Assembly (NCBI RefSeq): GCF_004010195.1
Contig: NC_057718.1
Span: forward strand, 82,885,411 to 82,940,790
Direction of reading: 5' to 3'
Source of the DNA: Chiloscyllium plagiosum
Lineage: Eukaryota
Length of the DNA stretch: 55,380 bases
Shown here: positions 1 through 13,600 of the stretch, one piece after another
How positions within the stretch are numbered: position 1 is the first letter of the stretch
Layout: each line of letters starts with the position of its first letter
Notes under the pieces: generated by a model
Databases searched by the model: none
What the model saw: the letters and a program-made list of their open reading frames with translations, nothing else
What the model was told of the DNA's origin: nothing
Program-made: the position numbers and the translations under genes

Positions 1-234
1 CTCTAACCTAACCCTAACTCTAACCCTAACCCTAACACTTACCCTAACACTAACTCTAACTCTAACCCAAACCCTTAACGTATCCCTAACTCTAACCCTA
101 ACTCTAACCCAAACACAACTCTAACTCTAAACCTAACCCTAACCGTAACCCTAACTCTAACCCTAACCCTAACCCTAGCCCTAACCCAACTCTAACCCTA
201 AACCTAACCCTAACTCTAACCCAAACTCTAACCC
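1..234 (+). repeat. Degenerate vertebrate telomeric repeat array (CCCTAA)n with variants (CTCTAA, CACTAA, CCGTAA, CCCAAA)
   Basis: Continuous hexamer repeats from base 1 to ~234. The C-rich strand is on +, the polarity expected at a left chromosome end. Confidence 0.93.
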
Positions 235-809
235 ATGTTAGGCAAGGCTGTGGGTGTGAACACCTTTGTCCCTGCTCCATTTCTTTTGTCAATGCTTCAA
301 GTGTTGGTGAATTCTTGGCTCATGCACAAAATGTAGCGCGCACATCTCCCGAATTTTTATTTTTAACCCCCCCAAGTCTTTTTCTTTGTATCTCAACTAT
401 GTTAACATTAACCCCTTAGAGCTCCCTGCTTCAAAACTAGAAAGGCTGAACGTTTATAGCATGGATTCCAGATGGATATAATACCTCACTCAGTCCTTTT
501 TGCAGAACCCAACAACAGCCTGTGTCTGACCTCAGGGTTCTCTCAATTGAAGGGCCAGTCCAAAGGAGCCTTATTGGGAAATTAACAGGATTTATAAGAA
601 GGTGGATTGAGAAGACAGATATTATCGAACAATTTTTTTTATTCATAAAACCTCCGGTTATGCAAAGATCAGCCATTGAGATCCATTCTTATGTAATGTA
701 AATCCACTCATCAGAAATCCACAAATATCCCAATTACACAGTGCACAGAACAAGGACATCCTTATCTACACCAGACTTTAAGGACCAGACAAAGCAAGTT
801 ACGAAAACA

Positions 810-1408
810 TGAGTCAGGGTAGTGAAGAAGTCATTTGACATGTTTGCCTTTATTGATCAGTGCATTGAGCCTAAGAGTTAGGAGGGCATGTTATGGCTGT
901 GCAGGAGATCGATTTGGCCACGTTTGGAATACTGCATTCAATTTTGGTCTCCCTGCTGTAGGAACGATGTTGTGAAACTTGAAAGGGTTAGGAAAAAGTT
1001 TACAAGGATGTTGCCGGGGTTGGAGGTTTGAACGATAGGGAGAGACTGAATAGATTGGGACTATTTTCCCTGGTGCGTCGGAGGTTAAGGAGTTACCTTA
1101 TAGGGGTTTATAAGTCATGAGGGGCACGGATAGGGCAAGTAACCAAGGTCTTTTTCCCAGGGTAGGAGAGTCCCAAACTAGAGGACATAGGTTTAAGGTG
1201 AGAGGGGAAAGATTTAAAAGGGACCTAAGGAGCAGCTTTTTCATGAACACGTAGAAGGCATCTGGATGGGTATATGAAGAGGAAGGGTTTAGAGGGATTT
1301 GTCCAAATGCTGGCAAATGGGACTAGATTAATTTAGTATATCTAGTCGGCATGGATGAGTTAGAACAAAGGGTCTGTTTCCGTGCTGTATATCCCTATAA
1401 CTTTATGA
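810..1408 (+). mobile_element. CR1 (HER1-like) LINE 3' fragment
   Basis: Degenerate LEYC.QFWSP...RFTRM segment and the gggtctgtttccgtgctgta tail shared with the 35235-36060 copy. Confidence 0.85.
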
Positions 1409-1440
1409 GGGTTCTATATACAGTGAGCAGAATCATATAT

Positions 1441-1446
1441 TTTAAT
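1441..1446 (-). terminator. Candidate poly(A) signal (ATTAAA) for the OCT gene
   Basis: tttaat on +, ~170 nt after the stop and just before a CR1 remnant. Alternative AATAAA sites occur near 638 and 356. Confidence 0.4.
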
Positions 1447-1618
1447 CTCCAATGTTTATGATTACAAAAAACTGAGCGTTTTTTCTAATAGGACATGATG
1501 ATGCATGCCTTGAACATTGTGCACACAGTATTCCATATTATTGACAGTTAAATAATGTCAGTACTAATGTTGAACATATTAATCTAATTCAGGAAGTGAT
1601 GTTCTTCTCTGAAGCAGG

Positions 1619-1697
1619 TCACTTGTTGTTATTTGTCTCTGCTGGAGGATGTGCAGTAACCAGCTCATAGGTTGTCTTTGGGGCTGCTTTCTTCTCT
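1619..1697 (-). CDS. SLC22A2: OCT exon 11 (last coding): (R)[25 protein letters not shown]
   Basis: Acceptor ttctttgtcatctccag; phase matches the exon 10 end (CG|A); TGA at 1621-1619. Confidence 0.75.
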
Positions 1698-4600
1698 CTG
1701 GAGATGACAAAGAAACATTTTCACAGAATCATCGAGCTGTTACAGGACATAAGGAGGCTATTCATCCCATTGTGTCTGCACAGGTTCTCTGAAGGTTGGG
1801 CTTACTGCCAATCTCCTGCTATTCCGTCACAACACTACACCTTGTTCTTTTTTAAATAGTCACCAAATGCCTCTTCAATGCCTTAATTGAACCTGTCCCC
1901 AAAACAATTTCAGGGTAATGTATTCTCAACTTTAAACAATTACATGTTTTAATGACGATACTTCTTTATCCATACTTTAAATCGTGGACTGAAATGAGAA
2001 AAGAACTGTTTTAAAAGCAAGTAACCTGACTCCTATTGCAAGCATCGTTTCCGCAGCTATTTGTCCAACCACTAATTGAAGTCCAGTTTGTCGATGACTG
2101 AAGCTAATTGGTTTTGTGCAAGTGGAACTCTGACTGGCCGTGAGAAGCTGATTGGTCTGTGGCCAAGTGACCAGTTATTCATGACAAAAACCTTCTGTCC
2201 ACCAACAATTACGCAGTTGGGGCCAGGAGGAAGGTAGAGAAGAGTATCAATTATCTGGAAAACTCAATTATCTCAATTATTAGTGTCTGTTTATGTATAT
2301 GGTGAGCGGGGGGGGGAGGGGGGTGGGGTAAGGGGATTAGCGATTTAATTAATAGAGTCATATTCTGACTGTTCATCATTATTTACCTGTAGCTACAGTC
2401 TAATTACTTGGAACAAATAGCAATTTCTGTTAAATACAGAAAGCCTAGTCAGTGCTTTTTGTCAGCCTGAGTCTGAAAGGCAAATAAATAGGGGAATCCT
2501 TGTGCACTTGCAAAAATCGTTACTTTTTGTGGCAGGTCTGGGAATACAGGGTCTGAAGGTGCTACCCCAGTGAGTTATGACACTCTTGTGAAGAAGTGCT
2601 TTGTTTCATTCTCACATTTGGTTCTTTTGGAAGACACTTTAAATTTGTGCTCCCTGGTTCTCCATTCTCTTACAAGCAGGAAATTTCTCCCTGACTCATC
2701 CTTGCAACCATTCTATAGACCTTATCTGCACTCTCTGCCAATGTGTTCACATCCTTCCATAAGTGTGGAGCCCAGAACTGTACACAATACTCCAGGTGAG
2801 GTTTAACCAGTGTCCTAAATAAGCTCAGCAGAACTCTCGCTGTTGTATTTTAAGTTCCTGGTAATGAAGCCTAGAATACAGTGAGCTTTACCAACCACTG
2901 TCTCTACTTGTTATCAAAATTTGCAGTGCTTTTTAGTCCATGAAGATTCCAGCAATGACAGCTCTGCTCCAAAACCAGCCTCACACACAGTTCCCAGTTT
3001 ACATACCGTCCAATGGTTTCGGCCTCTTCAATGGTCTCTGGTAAGGTAATCCCCATGGTTTCAGGTAGAAACAAGACGAGTATACCAGCAATCAAAGCAA
3101 TCACTCCTGCAAATCAATGGGCATAATGTTTTTAAATATTAGCAGTGTTTGTTCAGTTTGCTCATGCAAAAAAAACAGTTGTGATTTTGAAATGCATTGG
3201 CTGCAATTTGTCACTCTTATGGTGGCTCAGTGGTTAGCACTTCTGCCTCACAGCACCAAAGACCCAGTTTCAAGTCCACCCTCGGGCTACTGTCTGTGTC
3301 GGCATTCTCCCCGTGTCTGCGTGGGTTTCCTTCAGGCGCTTTGTTTTCCTCCCGCAATCCAAAGATGTGCGGGCTAAGTGGATTGGCCATTTAAATTGCC
3401 CATAGTGTACAGGGATGTGTAAGTTAGGTTCACCGTGGAATATGCAGGGTTACAAAGTAAGGTAGGGGGTGTGACTTTGTGTTTGATTCCACCCTCGGGC
3501 GACTGTCTGTGTGGAGTTTGCATATTGTCCCCTTATCTGCGTGGGTTTCCTCCATGTGCTCTGATTTCCTCCCACAGTCCAAAAGTGTGCAGGTTTGGTA
3601 GATCAGCCATGGTAAGTTTCCTGTATTGTCCAAGGGTGTACAGGCCAGGTAGATTAGCTATGGGAAATGCAGTATTACAGGGATGGGATGGGAGGTGTGA
3701 GTTTGGGTGAAATGCTCCTTGGAGGGTCAATGTGGATTCAATGGGCCAAATGCTCTGCTTCCACACGATAGGAATTCTATAATTCATCCTCACCAATCTG
3801 TCTGCTGCAGATGCATCTGCCCATGACAGTCTTAGCTGGTGTGACCATTACACTGTCCTTGTGGAGACAAAGACTGGTCTTCACTTTGACCATACCCATG
3901 ATGTTGAGTGATACAATCACTGGGTCAGACTTTGAATGGATCTAGCAACTCAAGACAGGGCATTCATGAGGTTCTATGGGTCTTCAACAGCAACACAACT
4001 GTACTCCAGCACAAGCTGCAACTTCATGACCTGGCATATCTCCCACTCAACCATTACCATCAAGCCAGGGGATCAACCCTGGTTCAATAGAGAGTGCAGG
4101 AGGGCATGCCAGGAGCAGCAGCAGGTAGACCTAAAAATGAGGTGTCAACCTGGTGAAGCTACCAAACAGGATTAATTGCATGGCAAGTTGCAAGTGATAG
4201 ACAGACCTAAACATCCCATAATCAATGGATCAGATCTAAGCTCCGCAGACCTGCCACATCCAATTAGGGATGGTAGTGGCTGATTAAACAACTCACTGGA
4301 GGAGGAGGCTTCACAAATATCCCCACCGTCAATGATGGGAGAGGCTAGCGCATCAGTGCAAAACATTCGCGGCAGTCTTCAGTCAGAACCGTCAGTGGTT
4401 CCCAGCATCACAGGTACTAGCCTTCAGCAAATTTGATTCTCTCCACATCATTCACCAGTTTCCTCATTTTCCCTCCCCTCACCTTGTCTCAGTCAAATCC
4501 CTCGAACTCAGCACCACCTTCCTAACCTGCAATCTTCTTCCTGACCTCTCCGCCCCCACCCCACCCCGGCCTATCACCCTCACCTTCCACCTATCGCATT

Positions 4601-7600
4601 TCCAACGCCCCTCCCCCAAGTCCCTCCTCCCTACCTTTTATCTTAGCCTGCTGGACACACTTTCCTCATTCTTGAAGAAGGGCTTATGCCCGAAACGTCG
4701 ATTCTCCTGTTCCTTGGATGCTGCCTGACCTGCTGCGCTTTTCCAGCAACACATTTTCAGCTCTCTCCACATGATGGCAAGAAACATGAGGTGGCACGGT
4801 GACCCAGTGGTTAGCACTGCTGTCTCACAGCGCCAGGGACCTGGGTTCGGATCCAGCCTCAGGCAACTGTCTGGAGTTTGCACATTCTCCCTGTGTCTGC
4901 ATGGATGTCTTCCAGATGCTCCAGTTTCCTCCCACAGTCCAAAGATGTGCAGGTTAGGTGGATTGGCCATGCTAACTTGCCCATAGTGTTAGGTGCATTA
5001 GTCAGAGGGAAATGGGTCTGGGTGGGTTACTCTTCGGAGAGTTGATGTGGACTTGTTGGGCCGAAGGGCCTGTTTCCACACTGAAGGGAATCTAATCTAA
5101 ACAGTTAGTGATACTGGATACTGCAAAGGCAATGGGCCCTGACAACATTCCAGCAATAGTACTGAAGACATGTGCTCCAGAACTTGCGGCTCCCTTAGCC
5201 AAACTCTTCCAGTACAGTTACAACACTGGCATTTACCCAACAATGTGGAAAATTGCACAGGTATGTCCTACAGATGAAAAACAGGACAAATCCAACCCGG
5301 ACAATCACAGCCCCACCAGATTACTCTTGATCATCACTAAAGTGATGGAAGGTGTCACAGTGCTATCAAGCAGTACCTGCTCAGCAACAGCCTGCTCAGT
5401 GATGCCCAGTTTGGGTTCTGCCAGGGTCACTCAGCTCCTGATATTATTACAGCCTTGATTCAAATATAGACAAAAGAGCTGAATTCCAGAGGTGAGGTGA
5501 GAGTGACAGCCTTTGACATCAAGGCTGCATTTGACTCAGTGTGACATCTAGCTACCCAGGTGAAACTAAAGTAAATGGGAATTGGGGCAAATTCTTCACA
5601 GGTTGGAGTCATATCTGGCACATGATCTGGAAGATGGTCATGTTTGTTGGCGGTCAGTCACCTCAGCTCCAGGACATCTCTGCAGGAGCTACTCAGGGAG
5701 GTGTCCTAGATCCAATAATCATCAGCTGCTTCATCAATGACCTTCCTTCCATCATAAGGTCAGAAGTGGGGATGTTCACAGATAACTGTCCAACGTTCAG
5801 CACCATTTGTAACTCCTCAGATACTGAAGTAGCCCATGTTCACATGCAACAGCATTTGGTTTGAACTGGTAAATGGCAAGTGTGCACACAGGTGCTTGGC
5901 AATGACTGTCTCTAACAAAAGACAGAGTGATAGCTGTCTCCTTTGCCTTTCAATGGCATTACCATTGCTGAATTCTTCCATATCAACATCCTCAAACTAC
6001 CATTGACCAGAAACTCAACTGGACTAGCCAAATGAAATCTGTGGCTACAAGAGTAGGTCAGAGGCTAGGAATCTTGTACTGAGTTCCCAAGAACCATACC
6101 CATCATCTACAAGGCACAACTCCAGAGTGTGATGTAATACTCCCCACTTGTCTGGATGAGTGCAGCTTCAATAATATTCAAGGAGCTTGACGCCATCCAG
6201 GATAAAGCAGAATGCTTGATTGGCATCACATTCATTCCCTCCACCACTGATGCTCAGTATCGGTATTGTGTGCCATCTGCATGATGCCCTGCAAAAATGT
6301 ATCAAGGCTCTTCAACAGCACTTCCAAACACATGACCACTTTCATCTAGAAGGACAAGGGCAGCAGATACATGGGAACACCACCTTCTGTAAGTCCCCCG
6401 TCCAAGCAACTCATCATCCAGACTTAGAATTGTTCCGCTGAGTCAAAACGCTGGAACTCCCTCTCCAACAGTAAAAGTTCAAGAAGGCAGCTCAACACCA
6501 TTTTCTCAGGAGCAACTAGGGATCCACAATAAATGTTGGCCCAGCCAGTGACATCAATATCCTATGAAAGTATGAAAAAGGCTCTCCATCTCTCCCACAA
6601 ACCACCTGTCCTCCACCATGCCTGAAAATTTCTCTTTATTCATTCATTGACTTTGGGCATTGAATTCTCTGCATTCCCTCTACCCCACCTCCCATGGACT
6701 GGATTAAACTTCAGGTGGTAGAAGCCTTTAAGATTGCAGATGTTTTTCTGAATAAGAAATAAAGTTCTGAACCTGTCAAAACAGACTGACAGGCTGGGCA
6801 GACGTTTTCGAAATGCAGGTAAAAACAGAGGTAGTCCTCGGATTTTGCCTGTCCTCGGATGCTGACTGAATTGCAGTGCTCTTCCAGCACCATTAATCCA
6901 GTTTTCGAAATGCAGGCATGCAAAACAGCAGCAGTCTGCATTAAGAAACATGAAGAAACTATGACAATATTAACCTGTACAGAGCAAAATAAGAGACAGA
7001 TCAGAGCGTTGGGAAGTCTTGCTCCTAGGATCTGTCACTTAGCTGAGCTGGTAACAGAGTGAGCTAGTTTCCAATGTTAATTCACTGACCACTTTCCTGT
7101 GGATGGTCAGAAGGTGACCAAGCCTGTCTAACTGAGATCTCTAATCCAATACTGAGTGTGGCCCCGCTGTAACTGACCCAGAGAAATCCCAGCAGCAATG
7201 TCCTGGTTCACTGAGTAGAATACTATTTCAATTCCAATCGCTGACACACAAGTCCTGAGGGCAGATCAGTCAGTGACCAGAAACTTAATGTCAGGGATCT
7301 GGATTTTGAAGAAGGTTTGAGGAAACGTGATTCATGGAATCATAGAATCCTGACAAAGAGGCCATTTGGTCCATCAAGTCTGCACTGACCTTCTGAAGAG
7401 CATCTCATCCCCATAGCCCTGCACAAGGTTTTTAACCATGACTAACCCGCCAAACCTGCACATCCTTGGACGTGACAGGACAATTTTTAGCATGGCCAAT
7501 CCACTTAATCTGCAAATGCTTGGATTTTGAGAGGAAGCCAAAGTAGCTGGAGGAAACCCACTCAGACACAGGGAGAATGTGCAGACTCCACACATAGAGT

Positions 7601-10600
7601 CGTAGAGTCATAGAGATGTACAGCATGGAAACAGACCCTTCAGTCCAACCCGTCCATGCCGACCAGATATCGCAACCCAATCTAGTCCCATCTGCCAGCA
7701 CCCGGCCCATATCCCTTCAAACCTTTCTTATTCATATACCCATCCAAATGTTTCTTAAATGTTGCAATTGTACCAGCCTCCACCACTTCCTTTTGAGCAT
7801 TGCAAAGAAACATGGGAAAGGTGAACATATAGAGCTCGCATAAGAGATGGCAGGAAAGGAAAAGAAAAATCTGGACTAATTCTTTAAGTTAATTCTCAAA
7901 GGTTGGAGGTTCAAACTAGTAACAGATGATTGGAAGCCTATTATGACTGAACCTTCCTTCGCACTGAATAAAATGGACTGAGGGTAGAGTAGAAACTTAA
8001 AAGCTCTGCATCATTAGAAAACAATTGAATGCTGTAATGGTGTTGGTAGCAGGTGGGCTGCCATTAAGTGTATTTCATTTCAGAGTTAAGAGGAGTTGTT
8101 GGATTTACCTGTAGTTTTCTTGTGGCCTGGTTACTCTAAGCGAAGACAGCAACCATTGTATCCAACGGTGCTGCACAAGGGGATGCTTTGCTCCACTGAA
8201 TGCAAAGGGTTAATTCACTACAAAACAGTTGAACTCACCAAAAACCACAAGGGGCATTTCGGTCCAGAACACTGCCAACCTGTACAGTAGGAATGGTGCT
8301 ATGATTCCCCCAAAATCACACAGTATTGAGCACACTGAAACCGCAAAGTTCCTGTTGAAGAAAATCAAAATTTCACACCCAGATAAACCCATCAATTAAT
8401 TTAAACAACTCTCATTTCTAAATCAGAAGCTATATACCTTTATAACAGGTTTTCTGTGGAAACATTACCTAGTTTAGATAATATTATTGCATAAAATTAG
8501 ATAGTCTATGTTTGTGTGTGCCCGTGTCAATGGCAGCTGAGAGTTAAAAGAGTTGAAACAGGTCTTAAACAACGCTTCTAATTTAGAAATACAATTTAAA
8601 GAAAAATGTCTCCTATGTATATTCTCAGTTTAAAAAATACATACACTAAATAGAATTCCTTGCACTTCACTGACATTTTGACAAAATTATTTATACGAAG
8701 TGCTGCAGAGGTGTTTATATTTAATCTTGATTGGAAGTCTTAAATTTTGAAAGATTGTAGGATAAAGAATTTACTTGAAGTTTAATGAACATATCTGGAA
8801 TGGCTTATTTATTTGTTTTTTTTAAACAACGCTTTCTAGAAATCACATGCATGGCAATGCTTTGGACTCTGCTGGGGCTGTTTTGAAAAGTGGCTGGAGT
8901 TGCAGAGGTTCACATTGTAATCTGCCTTTGTTGGAGGAAAGCCTGCTAAGACCAAGTTGAGTTGGAGGAAAGCTTTCAGCGAACAAGCTGGCCAGCTGAC
9001 TGTTCCCTGTAATGGAAATAACATCCTCTCCAATAGTTCAGGGTGAAACCTGTTGACTCTTTTGAAAGAGCGTTTGAAAGAATATCTTAAAATTGTATCG
9101 TCTGATCGCATTGTGTCCATTAGACTGTGGAGATGATTATGCATGGTTTATGATTTGACTACATGTGCGACAACATCAGAGAAACAACTCCAGAACATCC
9201 TGCAACTTATATTTTTGGCTTCTGGAATAACCCTTGGCAAAACTGTTCTTACTTCAGAAAGCCAATCTCTGCAGATAAATCTGTTTTCTTTTTGTGTGTG
9301 TGTGTGCGTGCATGCGTGTGTGTGTGTGTATCATTTATGCTTCTATATGACTGACTGTGTATGTTAGAAATGTGCTGCTTCATTATTGAATAAGTTTTAC
9401 TTGGATAATTAACACAAAATTGTGTAACTTCTACAACAATCATTTTTAATACTTATATTTCAAGGATCGGTTAAAAGAATGAGATACATTTGAAATCCTA
9501 TCCAAACAAATTGATCAGAACCGCTCAATGTCAGTTGTCGCTGAATGGTTAAAAGTTAGCTGTCGCAGTGTGTAACAAATTCCCAACTGTACCTACCTTA
9601 AAAATGTTGGATATAATTCGGTATTTACAAAACAGACCATTAAAAAGGCCACCGTAATCCCTAGTTTGCCCAAAGATGAGATTACTGCTTTCAGCCAGAA
9701 TTGATCTGAATTAGAAAGAAGTTAAATGTATAATTGTAAAGGAAAATCCAGAGTGCTCAGACAAAGATGAAAGACTTTATTCGCTTATGCTTTTGAATAC
9801 CACAGGAAACCGAACTATTTTAAGATTGTTGGGCAGCTCCTTAATTCTTATTCTTTTGAAAAAAATCATAGGGAAAATAATTTATTTGAGGTGCAAAAAA
9901 TTAATAAATGTTTATATTTGTTCACTTCTGAATATTAATTTTTAATCTCTCATTATGAAAAGTGAATGAATATTTTTCATCTGTCTACAGCTTTCTCAGA
10001 TCTCAAAAAATTCCCCGAATATTTCACCACATACTTGAAAGCATAGTGACTCTTATGGGAAGAAGTTAGGAGGATGTTGGTGGTATGGTGAGGAGTAGAA
10101 AAATCCAAAGATTGAGTCTCGTAAACCCGTAGCAGGCCCGTTCAGTTTCCAGGGTTTTTACTGTTTGGAACGAATTGTTGTAATTTTTCTAACCATGTAT
10201 ACCTTGTGAATGCAGAGTTGCTTGTGCATGTGTGATGTATCAGCATTCATACTTGCATCATCTTACCAAAACTGTGCCAATTCAGAGCACTGTCTTGTTA
10301 ACTAAAAACACAAAGCATGCCCAATCATTAGTTGTTCATTTTCATGATTGACTCCTCTGTCCTACCTTCTATTTTAAGTCAGATATGTCTTGACAGAAAA
10401 AGTATACAGTAGAATTTCTGAAAGTGTTAAGCATTTGTGGAATGCTATATAGATTATGCTGTGGTAATCTGACACCCTGTGGTCTAGCACCCGCTGCACT
10501 CCCCTTTTCTGTCGAAGTGGCTCTGCATCGATCTTTATTCATATGAAATCATTGTTAAATTTTGTCCAGTTTGAATGTGCTAAATCCTGCTTTCGGAAAA

Positions 10601-13600
10601 TCATTTGTCCATTTGGCATGTATTTCATACAAGTCAAGGTGAAGGCTTTACTTTTAAGTTAAGTACGCATTAGATACACATGACACCTCGCAGTGCAGCA
10701 AATGCCCACTCCCAAGATTACCGGATTAAGATAGTCCACTCTGGATAATTTGAAACTCTTGCATCTTTTTACCCATCACCCAATCCCTTGTATTGGCAAT
10801 GGGTGCAATCTGATATTGCCTAACTGACACCTCCCTAACCCCCCCCCCCCCCAGCATATGAAATGCCATGATAGAATGATAAACGATATTTTGCTTACTT
10901 TAAGTGCACATGCACATCAGATTGAAGACCACAGGATCTGGATTAATATATAAGATTGCGAGATAAAATTTACCATCAGGAATGAAGGCAGTTATCAGGC
11001 AGGATGCACCTGCTAGAAAATTGCCCCCTGCAAAGGGAAGGCGACGCCCAACTCTGTCAATAACAAGAATAATGATGATTGCAGCTGGTAGTTCCACAGC
11101 TCCTGAGATGACAAAATTGATGTAAATGTTTCCTCCCATAACCCCCAAACGCATGACAAGCCCGAGGTACACCACAGCACTTGAAAACCTGAAATGAAGA
11201 ATTGGAGTTGACTTATTACCACGGGATTTACTGCCAACGTTTGTAAAGACATCTGCTTTGGGTGACTAATTGCTTTTGCTAAACTCATGATGTCCCCACA
11301 TTTAAATTTGCTCCAGCAGTTAGCTGTTTAACACAATAATAAGTAATGCATTAAATTAACTCAATTGTAAATAATTATATGTTGAACTCCAGTATGCTTT
11401 CCTCTTTCTGCAAGTTATCTTGTGTAGTTGGTAAAATCACAAAAGGTATGTCCTTTTAAGAGTTTGAGACATTTTGACTCACAAAGCAAGACTTTCATTT
11501 TCACTCTGCTGGTGAGGTCAGATATTTGTCGACGACACACCACTGCCATCTTTTGCAATGGAGAATAAGTCAGTGTGTACAAAATAGATATCTTTAATCA
11601 ACTCTGGGTTAGAGATAGGAGCACTACCACTCTGCCACAAAAGCTCCAATGTGCATGGTATATGCTTTGCCTAGGTACACCCTGAAATGACATTGGGATC
11701 TTAATGTCATAGGATCCCAAAGTAAATGGCTAAATTAACTGTGCACTTGGATCACATCTAAATGGTGACATCACAAAGAGTATGGAGATGAAGCAGTCAA
11801 GTTTTTCCATTCAAATTTCAAATTTTGCCTTTCTCCTTCTCGTAGGATTCATCAAAATCTTTTCCAATGACACCCAGATACATGCGCAAACATGAGATAT
11901 CATACATAAGAATTTTAGCATGATCTTACCAGTTGAACATCAGAATAAGAGTATGCTTCCTTATCTGTGGTGTTTTTACCAAGTCTATAGCTGAGGGCCT
12001 CTTCAATGTTTCAGCACAATCTTCAATTTGAACTGTCTGACAAAATAGAAGTCACAAAATGATAAAATGTTCTGAATAGTCACTTATAAACAAAATATAT
12101 ATGAAGGAAGGTTGGAATAGAAACATCCAGTCTGGCCTGTCAGTAATAATTGCCATCTCCTTGAGACAGCTATCGTACATTAGATATTATACTCACTTAC
12201 TTCACCATATTTGAGAATTAGCCATATCAGTTTTCAATAGTTTACTCAAAAGCCAGCTGTTTGGAATCATGTGGTGCTGCATTCTAGGCATCAAACCAGG
12301 GATCTATGTTTTGCCCACAGTTGCCCTGTGGCCAGTGCATTTCTGAAGAAAAGTCACTAGAATCAAAACGTCAACTCTGCTTTCTCTCCACAGATGCTGC
12401 CAGAACTGTTGCGTCTCTCTGGCAATTTCTGCATTTTGTTTTGCGTTTTGATTATTTCTTTCCTCATCTAAAAGCTATTTTGATCATAATTAAATGCATT
12501 CTCTGTCAGAGCAGTGGTCTGGACAGTTCAGCAGTTTCAGTATCGGTAGTTTAAGTATGGAGACCTTTGCTACTGATTGATCATAACCCAATGACTCCTG
12601 CTCATCTGTGAAGACTTGCCATCAGCACAAGTCACAGCGAAGAAGGTTACCTTAGGTACAACAGGATCTTGATCAGATGGGCCAATTATCCAAGGTGTGG
12701 CAGATGGAATTTAATTTAGATAAATGTGAGGTGCTGTATTTTGGAAAGGCAAATTTTGGAAAGCTCAGGACTTATACATTTAATGGTAAGGTCCTGGGGA
12801 GTGTTGCCAAACAAATAGACCTTGGAGGGAAGGTTCACAGTTCCTTGAAAATGGAGTTGCAGGTAGACAGGGTCATGAAGAATGCATTTGGTATACTTAC
12901 CCTTATTGGTCAATGCAAGAGTGCAGGAGTTAGGATGTCAAGTTGTGGCTGTACATGACATTGGTTAGGTCACTTTTGGAATACTGTGTTCAATTCTGGT
13001 CTCCCTGCTATAGGAAAGTTGTGAAACTTGTAAGGTTTCTGAAAAGATTTACAAGGATGTTGCCAGGGTAGGAGGGTTTGAGTTATACAGAGAGGCTGAA
13101 TAAGCTGGGGCTATTTTCCCTGGAGCATTGGAGGCTGAGGTGTGACCTTCTAAGGGTTTATTAAAATTGCGAGGGGCATGGCGAAGGTGATTAGCCAAAG
13201 TCTTTTGCCCAGGATGAGGGAGTCCAAAACTAGAGGACATAGGTTTCAGGTGAGAAGGGAAAGACTTAAAAGGGCAACTTTTTCACACAGGGCTGGTGTG
13301 TGTATGGAATGAGCTGCCAGATGAAATGGTGGAGGCTGGTACAGTTACAATATTTAAAAGGCATCTGGATGGGTACATGAATGGGAAAGGTTTAGAGGGA
13401 TATGGGCCGAGTGCTGACAAATGGGACTAGATTAGTTCAGGATTCATGTTCGGCATAGAAGGGTTGGACCGAAGGGTCTGTTTCCGCTCTGTACATCTCT
13501 ATGGCTCTATAACCTGAGGAGACCAAAATGGGAAAAACTGATAGAAAGGAAATGCCGAACAATGAATGGGTAATTGTCACATTAGCCACCTCAACATCTG

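Larger units (their letters stand above)
3790..6565 (+). mobile_element. Degenerate CR1/L2-group LINE ORF2 (RT), interrupted by a Penelope-like insert and an HE1 SINE
   Basis: [47 protein letters not shown]; many frameshifts. Confidence 0.8.

Noticed and set aside
104..292. ORF with VRVRVR/GLGLGL repeats
   Set aside because: Translation of the telomeric hexamer array.
8565..8834. 13-bp direct repeat ttaaacaacgctt about 257 bp apart
   Set aside because: No recognisable element between the copies; AT-rich context, so chance or an old duplication cannot be excluded.
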